From contig JBAZMW010000005.1 in assembly GCA_041649575.1 (NCBI GenBank), positions 1-32,000 on the forward strand: a DNA stretch of 32,000 nucleotides. Reading direction: 5' to 3'. This DNA is from Patescibacteria group bacterium (lineage in GTDB: Bacteria; Patescibacteriota; Patescibacteriia; 2-01-FULL-39-33). Below are positions 1 through 9,701 of the stretch, in pieces. The number at the start of each line of letters is the position of its first letter. Within the stretch, counting starts at the first letter, position 1. Below the pieces are notes generated by a model, which made no database searches, had not been told where the DNA came from, and worked only from the letters and a program-made list of their open reading frames with translations. A program made the position numbers and the translations under genes.

Positions 1-2
1 CC

Positions 3-2111
3 GCCTCCAATTATTTGTCTTTGTCTTCCTACTTTGCCACCACCACCTGGGCCGGGGGCAACAACAATCTGGTGGTGAGCGGCAACGTCACCTCCACCTC
101 GCTTTGGCTGGGCGGCGCCGGCACGGCCAACAACTTAGACATGACCAACGATCTGTACGTAGCCGATGACGTGGAAATTGACGGCTCGCTCTGGGTTCAA
201 AGTGCCACTACTACCGACTCCCTTTACGTGGGCGGTTATGCTTCCTCTACAGGCGGTTTATTTACCAAAGGCAACGGGCACTTTGGCGGTAATTTAAAAG
301 TGGATGGCAATACCACCACTACCGGTCAGTTTGAAGCTAACTCGGTTTTATACGCTAAAGACGGCAATGTTGGCGTTGGTATTGACCCGACAACTCTGCC
401 GGCCTTAGGACTCTCGATTATTCCCAAATTGACCAGCATTGATACGGTAGCTGAAACATCTGGGGCTGCTTATAGCAATTTTCTAAGCACCACTTTTTCA
501 CCCGCCTCGGATTCAACTCTATTGGCTGGTGGTTTAATAGTGGATGCCAAAGGCGATGGTGCCAACCACCAAAGCTCCGTCTATGGCATAACTTTAGGGG
601 CTAATTATGAGGGAACAGCCAGTCTGACTACTTTGGTTGCTTTGCAAACAACGGCTGAACTGGCCAATGCGGGTAGCGTGACTTCCACCGTAGCTGTTAA
701 TGCCAAAATAAATAACGGACTTGAAGATACTGATGGCGGTGGTGATATGACTAGTGCCGTCGGCATAAATGCGGAAATAGAACTGGGCACTCAAGCGGGA
801 ATAGTTGGTAATTATGTTGGTTTTCATGCTTTAGCTCCGGTTATTGATGGCGGGGCGATAACCAATACTTATGGATTATTGGTTGAAGATATAAATAATG
901 CCAGCGCAATGAATTACGCCATTTGGACTAATGACGGGCAAGTGAGGCTGGATAATTCTGCGGCTACCACCACTTTGTATGTCACGGGTAAGAGTTATTT
1001 TAGTGGGCATACTACCACTACAGGCAACTTAACCGCCAGCGGCGTTTACTCGGAAACCACTGCCTCGGCCGCTAACGTCTATGTCGATACCGACGGAAAG
1101 TTAATGCGTTCCACCTCCGGCAGAAAATACAAAACCGATATCGACTACGAGGGGGTCAGTGGTGATTTGCTTTATCAGTTGCAGCCAGCTTCGTATAAGG
1201 ATAAGAATACCGGCCAAGAGTATATCGGTTTTGTGGCGGAGGATGTGGCTTTGGTCGAGCCGCGTCTGGTGTTGCTTGATAAGGAAGGCAACCCTGATGC
1301 TTTGCATTATGGTAATTTTTCCGCCTTAATAACCAAAGCCGTTCAGGATTTGGCCAGGCGTGTGGATTCTTTGGTTGTCAGCAATCCCGCCGGAGAAACA
1401 GCTGGCGACTCCTCTCCATTGCCAGTAATAGATCAGCCAGACTCGGCAATTGATAGACTGGTGGTCAGGCAGGCGGCGGAATTCTATGGCACGATTTATG
1501 TCTATGGCGAAGCCGATTTTATCGCCAAAGTGACTTTCAAAAAACATGTTTATTTTGACGAAGACGCGGCTGGCGTAGCGACCATTCAGCCAAACGCCAC
1601 CAGCACGGAAATTGTTTTTAAGGAGGCCTATGAAGAAATTCCGATAATCAATGTCACGCCCAAAGGCAATACCGGCGGGAGAAATTATTGGGTGGCGGAC
1701 GAGAATTTGCAAGGGTTTAGAATTGTAATCGAGCCGGCCGCTGATAGTGAATTCAAATTTAATTGGCAGGCGGTGGCGGTCAAAGGAAACGGGGCTGTCG
1801 GGGAGGAGGAGACTTTAAAAGAAGTGACTGTTATCAGTTTGCCGCCGGTTGAAAATGAGGCAGTTGAAACTGGCCCAGAAGACTCCAGCGCCAGCTCGAG
1901 CAATGAGCTTCTTGACCAACTTACAACAGATCAGGCCCCTGAAGATCAAAGCGAGCCCCAAGAGCCACCCGCCGAGGCCTTGGTTGGTGAGACCGCGGCA
2001 GAGCCGGTTCAGAGCGAAAACCAGCTGGAAACAACCACTAATGCTTCTGAAAACTCTAAAGAGGACACTGTTGCCGCAGTCGCAGCGGAGACGCCCGTCA
2101 ACACCGAGTAA
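3..2111 (+). CDS. Large repetitive surface/tail-fibre-like protein with an internal Peptidase_S74 (intramolecular chaperone)-like domain; 5' truncated by the window edge
   Basis: The frame stays open upstream of the TTG called at 15 (ASNYLSLSSYFATTT). Ser/Thr/Gly/Asn-rich repeated modules are followed by 'SGRKYKTDIDYEGVSGDLLYQLQPASYKDKNTGQEYIGFVAEDV', which resembles the S74 chaperone motif, and then by an acidic Pro/Glu-rich tail. Confidence 0.75.
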   Translation, partial: ASNYLSLSSYFATTTWAGGNNNLVVSGNVTSTSLWLGGAGTANNLDMTNDLYVADDVEIDGSLWVQSATTTDSLYVGGYASSTGGLFTKGNGHFGGNLKVDGNTTTTGQFEANSVLYAKDGNVGVGIDPTTLPALGLSIIPKLTSIDTVAETSGAAYSNFLSTTFSPASDSTLLAGGLIVDAKGDGANHQSSVYGITLGANYEGTASLTTLVALQTTAELANAGSVTSTVAVNAKINNGLEDTDGGGDMTSAVGINAEIELGTQAGIVGNYVGFHALAPVIDGGAITNTYGLLVEDINNASAMNYAIWTNDGQVRLDNSAATTTLYVTGKSYFSGHTTTTGNLTASGVYSETTASAANVYVDTDGKLMRSTSGRKYKTDIDYEGVSGDLLYQLQPASYKDKNTGQEYIGFVAEDVALVEPRLVLLDKEGNPDALHYGNFSALITKAVQDLARRVDSLVVSNPAGETAGDSSPLPVIDQPDSAIDRLVVRQAAEFYGTIYVYGEADFIAKVTFKKHVYFDEDAAGVATIQPNATSTEIVFKEAYEEIPIINVTPKGNTGGRNYWVADENLQGFRIVIEPAADSEFKFNWQAVAVKGNGAVGEEETLKEVTVISLPPVENEAVETGPEDSSASSSNELLDQLTTDQAPEDQSEPQEPPAEALVGETAAEPVQSENQLETTTNASENSKEDTVAAVAAETPVNTE

Positions 2112-2178
2112 AGGGTTGCTTAAAAATTGATTTTTAGTTAAGATTATCAGACATTCATAATCAATAATTTACAATCAA

Positions 2179-2505
2179 ATGAGCGAAGTTATTTTTAATG
2201 ATTCAAATTTTGAGGCCGAGGCCTTAAAGGACACCAAGCCAGTGCTGGTGGATTTTTACGCCGACTGGTGCGGGCCATGTAAAATGCAAGCTCCGATTAT
2301 CGAGGAATTGGCCGAAGAATTTGGCGATAGAGCCAAGCTGGGAAAATTAGATGTTGACAGCAGCCCACAGACAGCCCAAAAGTTTGAGGTGATGTCCATC
2401 CCGACCATTATGATTTTTAAAAACGGCGAGATAATTAGTAGATTTACTGGCTTGCAAAGCAAGGATTTTTTGGCAACAGAGCTAAATAAACTAATCAATA
2501 ATTAA
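2179..2505 (+). CDS. trxA: Thioredoxin
   Basis: 'VLVDFYADWCGPCKMQAP' active site WCGPC, 'SIPTIMIFKNGE'; 108 aa. Confidence 0.97.
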   Translation: MSEVIFNDSNFEAEALKDTKPVLVDFYADWCGPCKMQAPIIEELAEEFGDRAKLGKLDVDSSPQTAQKFEVMSIPTIMIFKNGEIISRFTGLQSKDFLATELNKLINN

Positions 2506-2510
2506 CCAAA

Positions 2511-3653
2511 ATGGATTACGCCGCCAGTTCGCTCCGGCTGCACCAAAAGTATCGAGGGAAAATCTCTTTGAAGCTGAAAGTGCCGCTTAAAAATAAAAAA
2601 GATTTAGCCATCGCTTATACGCCGGGAGTTGGCGCGGTGGCCACGGCTATTTACAAAGACAAGAAGAAATCTTGGCAGTTAACCAATCGCGCCAATCAAG
2701 TGGCAATAGTTTCTGACGGCTCGGCGGTTTTAGGCCTGGGCAATCTGGGGCCGGAAGCAGCCATGCCAGTGATGGAAGGCAAGGCCGCTATTTTCAAAGC
2801 TTTTGCCGATATCGACGCCATTCCTTTATGCATCGACACTCAAGAGCCAGAGGAAATTATTAATTTTTGCAAAAGACTGGAACCAAGTTTTGCCGGTATT
2901 AACTTGGAAGATATTGCTGCGCCTCGTTGTTTTGAGGTTTTGGGCCGCTTAGAAGAAGAATTGACCATTCCGGTTTTTCATGACGATCAGGATGGCACGG
3001 CGATCGTGGTTTTGGCGGCGCTGATCAACGCTTGCCGGCTGACCAAAAAGAATTTTAAAAAACTCCAAGTCGTTATTAGCGGCGCGGGCGCGGCGGGCCT
3101 GGCGATTGCCAGATTACTGATCAGGCAGGGAGTAAAAGAGCTATTGCTGGTTGATAGTTGCGGTCTTATTTATGAAGGACGCCTTAAATTGAATCAGATA
3201 AAAGCGGAAATAAGCTGTCAGACTAACAGCAAGAAAATCAAAGGCGATTTAGGCGAGGCGCTGAAGGGAGCAGACGTTTTTATTGGCGTTTCCAAGGCCA
3301 ATTTACTGACAAAGGAAATGATAAAAAAGATGGCCAGACAACCGATAATTTTTGCCATGGCCAATCCGGTGCCCGAGATTATGCCGGCCTTGGCTCTGGA
3401 GGCTGGCGCGGCAATCGTTGGCACTGGGCGCAGCGATTTTCCCAATCAGATAAATAACGCTCTGGTGTTTCCGGGAATTTTTCGCGGGTTGTTGGACGGA
3501 AAAATCAGGAAAGTAACGGTGGAAATGAAAATCGCTGTGGCTAAAGCCTTGGCCAACAGTCTGCAGCCGCAAAAAAATAAAATTTTGCCACTAGTCACCG
3601 ACAGGAGAACGGTCGCAGTCATCGCCCGTTCGATAAAAAAATTTAATAAATAA
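2511..3653 (+). CDS. NAD(P)-dependent malic enzyme
   Basis: 'AIAYTPGVGAVATAI', 'TNRANQVAIVSDGSAVLGLGNLGPEAAMPVMEGKAAIFKAFADIDAIPLCIDT', 'VFHDDQDGTAIVVLAAL', Rossmann 'VISGAGAAGLAIARLL'. Confidence 0.95.
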   Translation: MDYAASSLRLHQKYRGKISLKLKVPLKNKKDLAIAYTPGVGAVATAIYKDKKKSWQLTNRANQVAIVSDGSAVLGLGNLGPEAAMPVMEGKAAIFKAFADIDAIPLCIDTQEPEEIINFCKRLEPSFAGINLEDIAAPRCFEVLGRLEEELTIPVFHDDQDGTAIVVLAALINACRLTKKNFKKLQVVISGAGAAGLAIARLLIRQGVKELLLVDSCGLIYEGRLKLNQIKAEISCQTNSKKIKGDLGEALKGADVFIGVSKANLLTKEMIKKMARQPIIFAMANPVPEIMPALALEAGAAIVGTGRSDFPNQINNALVFPGIFRGLLDGKIRKVTVEMKIAVAKALANSLQPQKNKILPLVTDRRTVAVIARSIKKFNK

Positions 3654-3658
3654 TATTT

Positions 3659-4606
3659 ATGTCAGCAGAGCTAAAAAAGTACGATTTAATTATTGTCGGC
3701 GCCGGGCCGGCCGGACTGACCGCCTCGGTCTATGCTTCGCGCTACAAAGTGAAGCATCTGATAATCGCCAAGTTGACCGGCGGCATAGCCACGGAAGCTC
3801 ATTGGGTTTGCAACTTTCCTTCGGAAAAAAATATTTCCGGCGCTGATCTGATGGCCAAAGTAGAGGATCAGGCCAGAAGCCTGGGCGGCCAGATTTTGTC
3901 GGGAGAGGTGAGTGACATCGAAAAAAAATCAGGCGGTTTTTTGGTGACCCTGGCTGGCGGAAAAAGTTTTTTGGCTCAAAAAATACTTTTAGCCAGCGGC
4001 ACCAAGCGACGTCGTTTGAACCTGGCGAGCGAAAAAAAGTTTATTGGCAAGGGCGTGTCTTATTGCGCTGCTTGCGACGCTTTTTTCTATCGTCAGAAAA
4101 CGGTCGCCGTCGTTGGCGGTAGCGACAGCGCCAATACCGCAGCCCTATATTTGGCCAAAGTGGCGAAGAAAGTTTATCAGATTTATCGAGGCGAGAAATT
4201 GCGCGGCGACCAAACTTGGGTTGAGCAGGTTTTGAGTGATCCAAAAATCGAAGTGGTTTTTGGTACCAATATCGTTGATTTCAAGGGCAATACCAAACTG
4301 GAGTCGGTACTTTTGGATAGGCCGTTTCAGGGCAGCCAAGAGCTAAAGCTCGACGGTGTGTTTTTGGAAATAGGCGCGGAGCCAGAAACGGAGTTTTTTA
4401 GAAGTACGGGCGTTGACAGAGACGCGCGCGGCTATATTATGGTAAACAAGAATCAGTCGACCAGTATTAGTGGCATCTGGGCGGCAGGCGATATCACCAA
4501 TGGCTCCAATAATTTTCACCAGGTGGTGACGGCTTGCAGCGAGGGAGCAGTGGCTGTTCAGAGCATTTTTCTTTCTTTACAACAAGAAAAGCAAAAGTTT
4601 AAATAG
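3659..4606 (+). CDS. trxB: Thioredoxin reductase
   Basis: FAD motif 'LIIVGAGPAGLTASVYASRY', redox motif 'CAACDAFFYRQKTVAVVGGSDSA', 'GIWAAGDITNG'. Confidence 0.95.
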   Translation: MSAELKKYDLIIVGAGPAGLTASVYASRYKVKHLIIAKLTGGIATEAHWVCNFPSEKNISGADLMAKVEDQARSLGGQILSGEVSDIEKKSGGFLVTLAGGKSFLAQKILLASGTKRRRLNLASEKKFIGKGVSYCAACDAFFYRQKTVAVVGGSDSANTAALYLAKVAKKVYQIYRGEKLRGDQTWVEQVLSDPKIEVVFGTNIVDFKGNTKLESVLLDRPFQGSQELKLDGVFLEIGAEPETEFFRSTGVDRDARGYIMVNKNQSTSISGIWAAGDITNGSNNFHQVVTACSEGAVAVQSIFLSLQQEKQKFK

Positions 4607-4620
4607 TTGTCATAACGCTA

Positions 4621-5250
4621 ATGAGCCTGCCGAATTTTAAATTGGAAAAAGAGCTCGTCCAGAACGGCTATAATAATATTATTGGTCTGGATGAAGTCGG
4701 CCGCGGCGCTTGGGCGGGACCGGTGGTAGCGGCGGCGGTTAGTTTTAGCGCCAAAGCCGAGACGACAAAATTGGCAGTCAACGATTCCAAGCTGTTATCG
4801 GCTCAAGAGCGAGAAAGAATTTTTTCCTGGCTGATAGAAAATTTCGCTTATGGCGTGGGGGTGGTTTCCCCAAAGTTGGTTGACCACTTTGGCATTGTGG
4901 CGGCAACCAAGCTGGCCATGAGCCAGGCCGTGGCAAATTTGCCGGCCAGCCCTGATTATCTTTTGATAGACGCTCTGACTCTGGAGAGCCTGGCCAGTAT
5001 TTCTCAAAGAGGGATTATCAAGGGCGACAGAAAGGTTTGGACAATTGCCGCGGCTTCGATTGTTGCCAAAGTTACCCGCGACCGGATTATGGATTATTAT
5101 CATCAGATTTATGAATGTTACGGTTTTAATCGTCATAAGGGCTATGGCACCAAGCTGCACCAGGCGATGCTACTAGAATACGGCTCTTGCGGGCTGCATC
5201 GTCAAAGTTTCAGGCCGCTAATGGATTTGAGGTTGAATGGTTGTTGTTAA
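4621..5250 (+). CDS. rnhB: Ribonuclease HII
   Basis: 'IIGLDEVGRGAWAGPVVAAAV', 'GIIKGDRKVWTIAAASIVAKVTRDRIM', 'HKGYGTKLH'. Confidence 0.96.
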   Translation: MSLPNFKLEKELVQNGYNNIIGLDEVGRGAWAGPVVAAAVSFSAKAETTKLAVNDSKLLSAQERERIFSWLIENFAYGVGVVSPKLVDHFGIVAATKLAMSQAVANLPASPDYLLIDALTLESLASISQRGIIKGDRKVWTIAAASIVAKVTRDRIMDYYHQIYECYGFNRHKGYGTKLHQAMLLEYGSCGLHRQSFRPLMDLRLNGCC

Positions 5251-5293
5251 AACATTATAATTAAAGTATTAATTAATCATTAATCTTAAATTT

Positions 5294-5848
5294 ATGCCTG
5301 ATAATAATGTAAAAGGCGGCAACGAATTGATTAATATTAATGTTTATGAAAAAATCGGATTGATGTTGGGAATGAACGTCGGTGACTTGGGTTGCGGCAA
5401 TCTGGGTTATTTTTCTCTGCCAGCCGCCAAAATCGTTGGTAAAAGCGGAACGGTTTACGCAGTCGATATTTTGAAATCGGCTTTGCAGGCGGTGGAAAAC
5501 AGAGCCAAACAAGAAGGTATTGACAACCTGAAGACGGTATGGTCAAATTTGGAAGTAGTGGGGGCAACCAAGATTCCCGAAGCCAGCTTGGACATAGCTT
5601 TCATTCATAATGTTCTCTTTCAGTCCGATAAAGACGATCTGGTGATAAAGGAAGCTTATCGCTTGGTCAAGTTGGGCGGCAAATTAATGGTGATCGATTG
5701 GCTCAAGGTCAAAGCGCCTTTTGGGCCGCTTTTGGGAGATCGTATCGACAAAGAAGAAGTAAAAAAAATGGCTCAAGCAACCGGCTTTAACTTTCTTGAG
5801 GAATTTATGGCTGGTCCCTATCATTACGGCTTGATTTTCGTTAAGTAG
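5294..5848 (+). CDS. SAM-dependent class I methyltransferase
   Basis: 'VGDLGCGNLGYFSLPAAKIVG', 'VYAVDI', 'LDIAFIHNVLFQ', 'EAYRLVKLGGKLMVIDW'. Confidence 0.85.
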   Translation: MPDNNVKGGNELININVYEKIGLMLGMNVGDLGCGNLGYFSLPAAKIVGKSGTVYAVDILKSALQAVENRAKQEGIDNLKTVWSNLEVVGATKIPEASLDIAFIHNVLFQSDKDDLVIKEAYRLVKLGGKLMVIDWLKVKAPFGPLLGDRIDKEEVKKMAQATGFNFLEEFMAGPYHYGLIFVK

Positions 5849-5856
5849 AAATTTTT

Positions 5857-6276
5857 ATGCAATTACCACTTAATATTTTTAGATTTTTTGACCCGGAAAG
5901 ATTGTTTTATCTGAAGGCGGGTATCGCACTAAGTACGGTATATTTTCTATTGGCGCTATTTGGCGTTTTAGTTTTGGCCGGCTTGGTAGTGGAAGTTATA
6001 AGAAAGCTCAAGCCGCGGGAAAATTTTATCAATAAGTTATTCAAACTTTATTCGACCTGGCTCTTGACTTTGGGGCTTTTGGGAGCGGCGCTGGTTTGGT
6101 TTCGTTATGAGAGAGTGTTTATTTTGGCGGCCAGATTTTGGTTGCTGTTGTGGCTGATTGTTTTGGTGATCTGGCTGGTTTTTATCTGGCGCTATCAGTT
6201 CAAAGTAGTGCCGCAGGCCAGAAAACAATCGGAATTCAGAAAAATTTTCAATAAATATTTACCTAGAAAAAAATAA
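5857..6276 (+). CDS. Small integral membrane protein, unknown function
   Basis: 139 aa with three hydrophobic helices (STVYFLLALFGVLVLAGLVVEVI; WLLTLGLLGAALVWF; FWLLLWLIVLVIWLVFIW), in tight collinear context. Confidence 0.6.
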   Translation: MQLPLNIFRFFDPERLFYLKAGIALSTVYFLLALFGVLVLAGLVVEVIRKLKPRENFINKLFKLYSTWLLTLGLLGAALVWFRYERVFILAARFWLLLWLIVLVIWLVFIWRYQFKVVPQARKQSEFRKIFNKYLPRKK

Positions 6277-6288
6277 ACAAAAAACAAT

Positions 6289-7704
6289 ATGTCCCAAGAG
6301 GAAGCCGCTTCGTCTAAGAAAAAAACCAAAATCGCTTCGAAAATGTTTGTGATTAGTCAGGTGGTAAAATTTTTGCCACATCTTTCCAAAAAAAATTTGC
6401 TAAAGATTTTGTCGCTTTACGAAAAAATCGCCTCGGGCCAGCCGCGGGAAGTGGTGCGAATGATTATCAAGCTTTTTAACGACAGCGTGGCCGGTGATTT
6501 TATCCTGCGCGCCGCCAAACTGACCAATTCCAAGGCCAGAAAAGCCATCGCCACCACCTTGATTGCCGACGGTTTTATTTTGCGCGACGAGGCCAGAAGA
6601 AGAACCGAGGCAGAGGGCAGCTTCACTCCCACCAGTCTGCTGATTTCGCCTACCATGAGATGCAATTTAAGATGCAAAGGCTGTTATGCCGGCAATTATT
6701 CCCAAAAAGACGATTTGCCTTATGAAGTGGTGGACAGAGTGGTAACCGAGGGAAAAGAAATGGGTGTGGCCCTGGTCACTATCCTGGGCGGGGAGCCTTT
6801 GATCTGGGAGAGGCTGTTTGATTTGTTTGCCGCTCACCAGAATATGTATTTTCAGTTTTATACCAATGGCACGCTGCTTTCGGAAGATAAAGTAAAGAAG
6901 ATCAGAGACTTGGGCAACGTGGCTGTAATTTTGAGCATCGAGGGATTTAAAAAAGAGACCGACGAAAGGCGGCAGGCAGGAGTTTACGACAAAGTGTTGA
7001 AAGCTATGGATTTACTAAGGAAACATAAAGTCCCTTTTGGTTATTCGGTGGCTGTCACCAAAGACAACGAAGCGGTCATAACCAGTGATGAGTTTGTCGA
7101 TTTGATGATCGAGAAAGGCGCTTTAATCGGCTGGTTGTTTATGTATATGCCGGTCGGCAAAGATCCCGATTTAAACCTAATGCCGACACCGGAGCAACGG
7201 CGGCACTTACTCGATTTTGATCGCCATATTCGTCAGACCAGGCCATTATTTATTGTGGATTTTTGGAATGACGCGCCATTTGTCGGTGGCTGCATTGCTG
7301 GCAAATTTTATGCCCATATCACTTCCAGCGGCTTGGTGGAGCCCTGTATTTTCACTCATTTAGCCAAGGACAATATTAAGGAAAAATCTCTAAAAGAAGT
7401 CATGAGTTCCGAATTTTTCAAGGAGATGAGAAGACGCCAGCCCTACAACGATAATTTATATTTGCCGTGCATGTGGATTGACCATCCGGAAGTCAGCCGG
7501 GATTTGCACGCCAAATTTAACCTGACCCTCACTCATCCGGGAGCGGATGACGTCTTGGTAAAAGATGATTTGAGAAAGGGCGTGGAAGAATACAGCCACA
7601 AGGTCAAAGAGCTGTACGGGCCGGAATGGGAAAAAGAAAAACAGCTCTCGGCCGCGCAGCAGGGAGCGGAAGACGTGTTGTTGCGCATTTTTGGCAAAGA
7701 ATAA
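6289..7704 (+). CDS. Radical SAM/SPASM domain protein
   Basis: 'TMRCNLRCKGCYAGNY' CxxxCxxC cluster, 'TILGGEPLIWERL', 'FYTNGTLL', and C-terminal cysteines in 'CIAGKFYAHI...VEPCIFTHLA...LPCMWIDH'. Confidence 0.92.
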   Translation: MSQEEAASSKKKTKIASKMFVISQVVKFLPHLSKKNLLKILSLYEKIASGQPREVVRMIIKLFNDSVAGDFILRAAKLTNSKARKAIATTLIADGFILRDEARRRTEAEGSFTPTSLLISPTMRCNLRCKGCYAGNYSQKDDLPYEVVDRVVTEGKEMGVALVTILGGEPLIWERLFDLFAAHQNMYFQFYTNGTLLSEDKVKKIRDLGNVAVILSIEGFKKETDERRQAGVYDKVLKAMDLLRKHKVPFGYSVAVTKDNEAVITSDEFVDLMIEKGALIGWLFMYMPVGKDPDLNLMPTPEQRRHLLDFDRHIRQTRPLFIVDFWNDAPFVGGCIAGKFYAHITSSGLVEPCIFTHLAKDNIKEKSLKEVMSSEFFKEMRRRQPYNDNLYLPCMWIDHPEVSRDLHAKFNLTLTHPGADDVLVKDDLRKGVEEYSHKVKELYGPEWEKEKQLSAAQQGAEDVLLRIFGKE

Positions 7705-7710
7705 AGCTGC

Positions 7711-8073
7711 TTGATGAGCAATTACAAAATTAGATTAGGGAAGTTTGGCGAGCAGCTAGCAGCGGAGTTTTTGAAGCGAAACGGCTATAAAATAATTGAT
7801 AAAAATTTTTATACTCCCTTCGGAGAAATAGATCTCATCGCCGAAAGCGGCGATGAGATTTTGTTTGTGGAAGTGAAAGCTAGAAGCGGTGAGGATTTTG
7901 GTTATCCGGAGGTGGCAGTCGACCGGAGAAAGACCAGTCATCTCTTGAAGACGATCGGCCTGTATTTGGAACGCAAAAATCTAAATAATTTTTGGCGGCT
8001 GGATATAATCAGCGTGGAGATAGACAGAGCCAGAAAGGTGGCCAAGGTGAAATGGTTCAAAGGGATTGGGTGA
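7711..8073 (+). CDS. YraN/UPF0102 family endonuclease-like protein
   Basis: 'GKFGEQLAAEFLKRNGYKIIDKNFYTPFGEIDLIAESGDEILFVEVKARSGEDFG'. Confidence 0.93.
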   Translation: MMSNYKIRLGKFGEQLAAEFLKRNGYKIIDKNFYTPFGEIDLIAESGDEILFVEVKARSGEDFGYPEVAVDRRKTSHLLKTIGLYLERKNLNNFWRLDIISVEIDRARKVAKVKWFKGIG

Positions 8074-8192
8074 TGCTAAGATATTTTACATAGAATAAAC
8101 ATAATAAGCGAAGAGGCAGATAAAGGTCGCTCTTGATTTTTTTTGTAGTTGTGATATTATTAATAATATAGAAAAGATATTGTTGATTTTTG

Positions 8193-8219
8193 ACAGCCAG
8201 CAGCGGCTGTTATTTTTTT
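8193..8219 (+). terminator. Rho-independent terminator candidate downstream of yraN
   Basis: ACAGCC-AGCAGC-GGCTGT followed by TATTTTTTT. Confidence 0.65.
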
Positions 8220-8295
8220 AAAAAAGCCGACAAATTTTATTTAAATTAAGATAAAATAGATAAATTGTTAATTGTTAAAATTAACCGTTAAATTT

Positions 8296-9588
8296 ATGTC
8301 TCAATCGCCAATCCAAGCGGCAATTCAACAGATTTGCCAAGAAAAAAATTTGGCCGAAGAAGTGGTGTTAAGAACTATTGAATTAGCTCTCGCAGCGGCT
8401 TTTCGTAAGGATTTCGGCAATAAAATGCAAAATATTGTCACCGAATTCGATCCCAAAACCGGTGGTGTCAAGGTTTTTGACGTGAAAACCGTGGTGGAAG
8501 ATTTGCCAGAAGAATTATTACAAGAGTTGATGCAAGAGGCGGAGCTGGAGAAACCAAGATTTAAAGATGAAGCTATTAGTGAAGGCGCGTTTGTCTCCGG
8601 CGAAGAGGAAGAGGTGAAAAAATTCAATCCCAGAACAGAAATTCAGCTGAAAGACGCCAAATTAATAGACAAAAAATATGAAATCGGCGATGAGATTATC
8701 ACTCCTTTGGAAGTGCCAGGTGAGTTTGGCCGGATGGCGGCGCAGACAGCCAAGCAAGTGATCATTCAAAAACTAAGAGAGCAGGAACGTGAAAATATTT
8801 TTGAAGAATACAAAGCCCTGGAGCACCAAGTGCTCATTGGTACGGTGCAACGGCGCGAGGGCAGAAATGTTTTAATAGATTTGGGGCACACTACGGCTAT
8901 TATGCCGCTCGAAGAATCGGTGGACAGAGAAAGATACAACATTGGCAATCGGATGAAATTTTATTTGAAATCAGTGGAGCAGACTTCGCGCGGTCCGCAG
9001 ATTATTCTCTCGCGGGTCAGCCCGGAAATTGTCAAAAAAATATTTGAAACCGAAATTCCCGAGGTGGCCAGCGGTGCGATAGAAGTCAGATCAATCGCCC
9101 GAGAAGCCGGCGGCCGTTCCAAAGTGGCAATTTTTACGGCCAGCGAAAACATCGATCCCATTGGCTCTTGCGTGGGCCAGCGCGGCGCCAGAATTCAGAC
9201 CATCATCGGCGAGCTAAACGGCGAAAAGGTGGATATAATTTTATGGGACGACGATCCAGTCAGATTTATTACTAATTCTCTGTCGCCGGCCAAAGTGACG
9301 GCAGTGGAACTGGAAGAAAAGGCGGACGAAAAAGTCGCTTTAGTCAAGGTCAAAGACGATCAGTTGTCTTTGGCTATTGGCCGCGGCGGTCAGAACGTGA
9401 GACTGGCTTCCAAGCTGACTGGCTGGAAGATAGATATTATTTCCGACAGCGGCCAGGCAGTGGCAGAACCGGTCGCAGAAGCGAACTTAAGCGAAGTGGC
9501 AGAAGAGACAGAGGAAAAGCCAGAGAGCGAGGAGCAGAGCCTTGAAAAAGTAAAGGAGAAAAAAACCAGAAAGAAAAAAGAAGAATAA
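8296..9588 (+). CDS. nusA: Transcription termination/antitermination protein NusA
   Basis: The track ORF begins at 8272, but the ATG at 8296 (MSQSPIQAAIQQICQEKNL) is the likelier start. 'CVGQRGARIQTIIGELNGEKVDIILWDDDPVRFITNSLSPAKV' and 'DDQLSLAIGRGGQNVRLASKLTGWKIDI' are NusA KH domains. The C-terminus is a charged E/K tail. Confidence 0.96.
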   Translation: MSQSPIQAAIQQICQEKNLAEEVVLRTIELALAAAFRKDFGNKMQNIVTEFDPKTGGVKVFDVKTVVEDLPEELLQELMQEAELEKPRFKDEAISEGAFVSGEEEEVKKFNPRTEIQLKDAKLIDKKYEIGDEIITPLEVPGEFGRMAAQTAKQVIIQKLREQERENIFEEYKALEHQVLIGTVQRREGRNVLIDLGHTTAIMPLEESVDRERYNIGNRMKFYLKSVEQTSRGPQIILSRVSPEIVKKIFETEIPEVASGAIEVRSIAREAGGRSKVAIFTASENIDPIGSCVGQRGARIQTIIGELNGEKVDIILWDDDPVRFITNSLSPAKVTAVELEEKADEKVALVKVKDDQLSLAIGRGGQNVRLASKLTGWKIDIISDSGQAVAEPVAEANLSEVAEETEEKPESEEQSLEKVKEKKTRKKKEE

Positions 9589-9601
9589 TTATTTGTTAGC
9601 G

Positions 9602-9635
9602 CTCCGTCCCGACTAGTCAGGACGGAGTGTTTTTA
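9602..9635 (+). terminator. Rho-independent terminator after nusA
   Basis: CTCCGTCC...GGACGGAG stem followed by TGTTTTT. Confidence 0.8.
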
Positions 9636-9701
9636 GACTTGAAAATAATCGGTTGGAGTAGTAAAATAATCATAATTAAATTTTTTAAAATAAGAATTTT
9701 T

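Noticed and set aside
594-1903. Minus-strand ORFs inside the S74-like gene (594-827, 605-790, 1101-1307, 1326-1712, 1685-1903)
   Set aside because: Antisense shadows of a long continuous coding frame; no family motifs.
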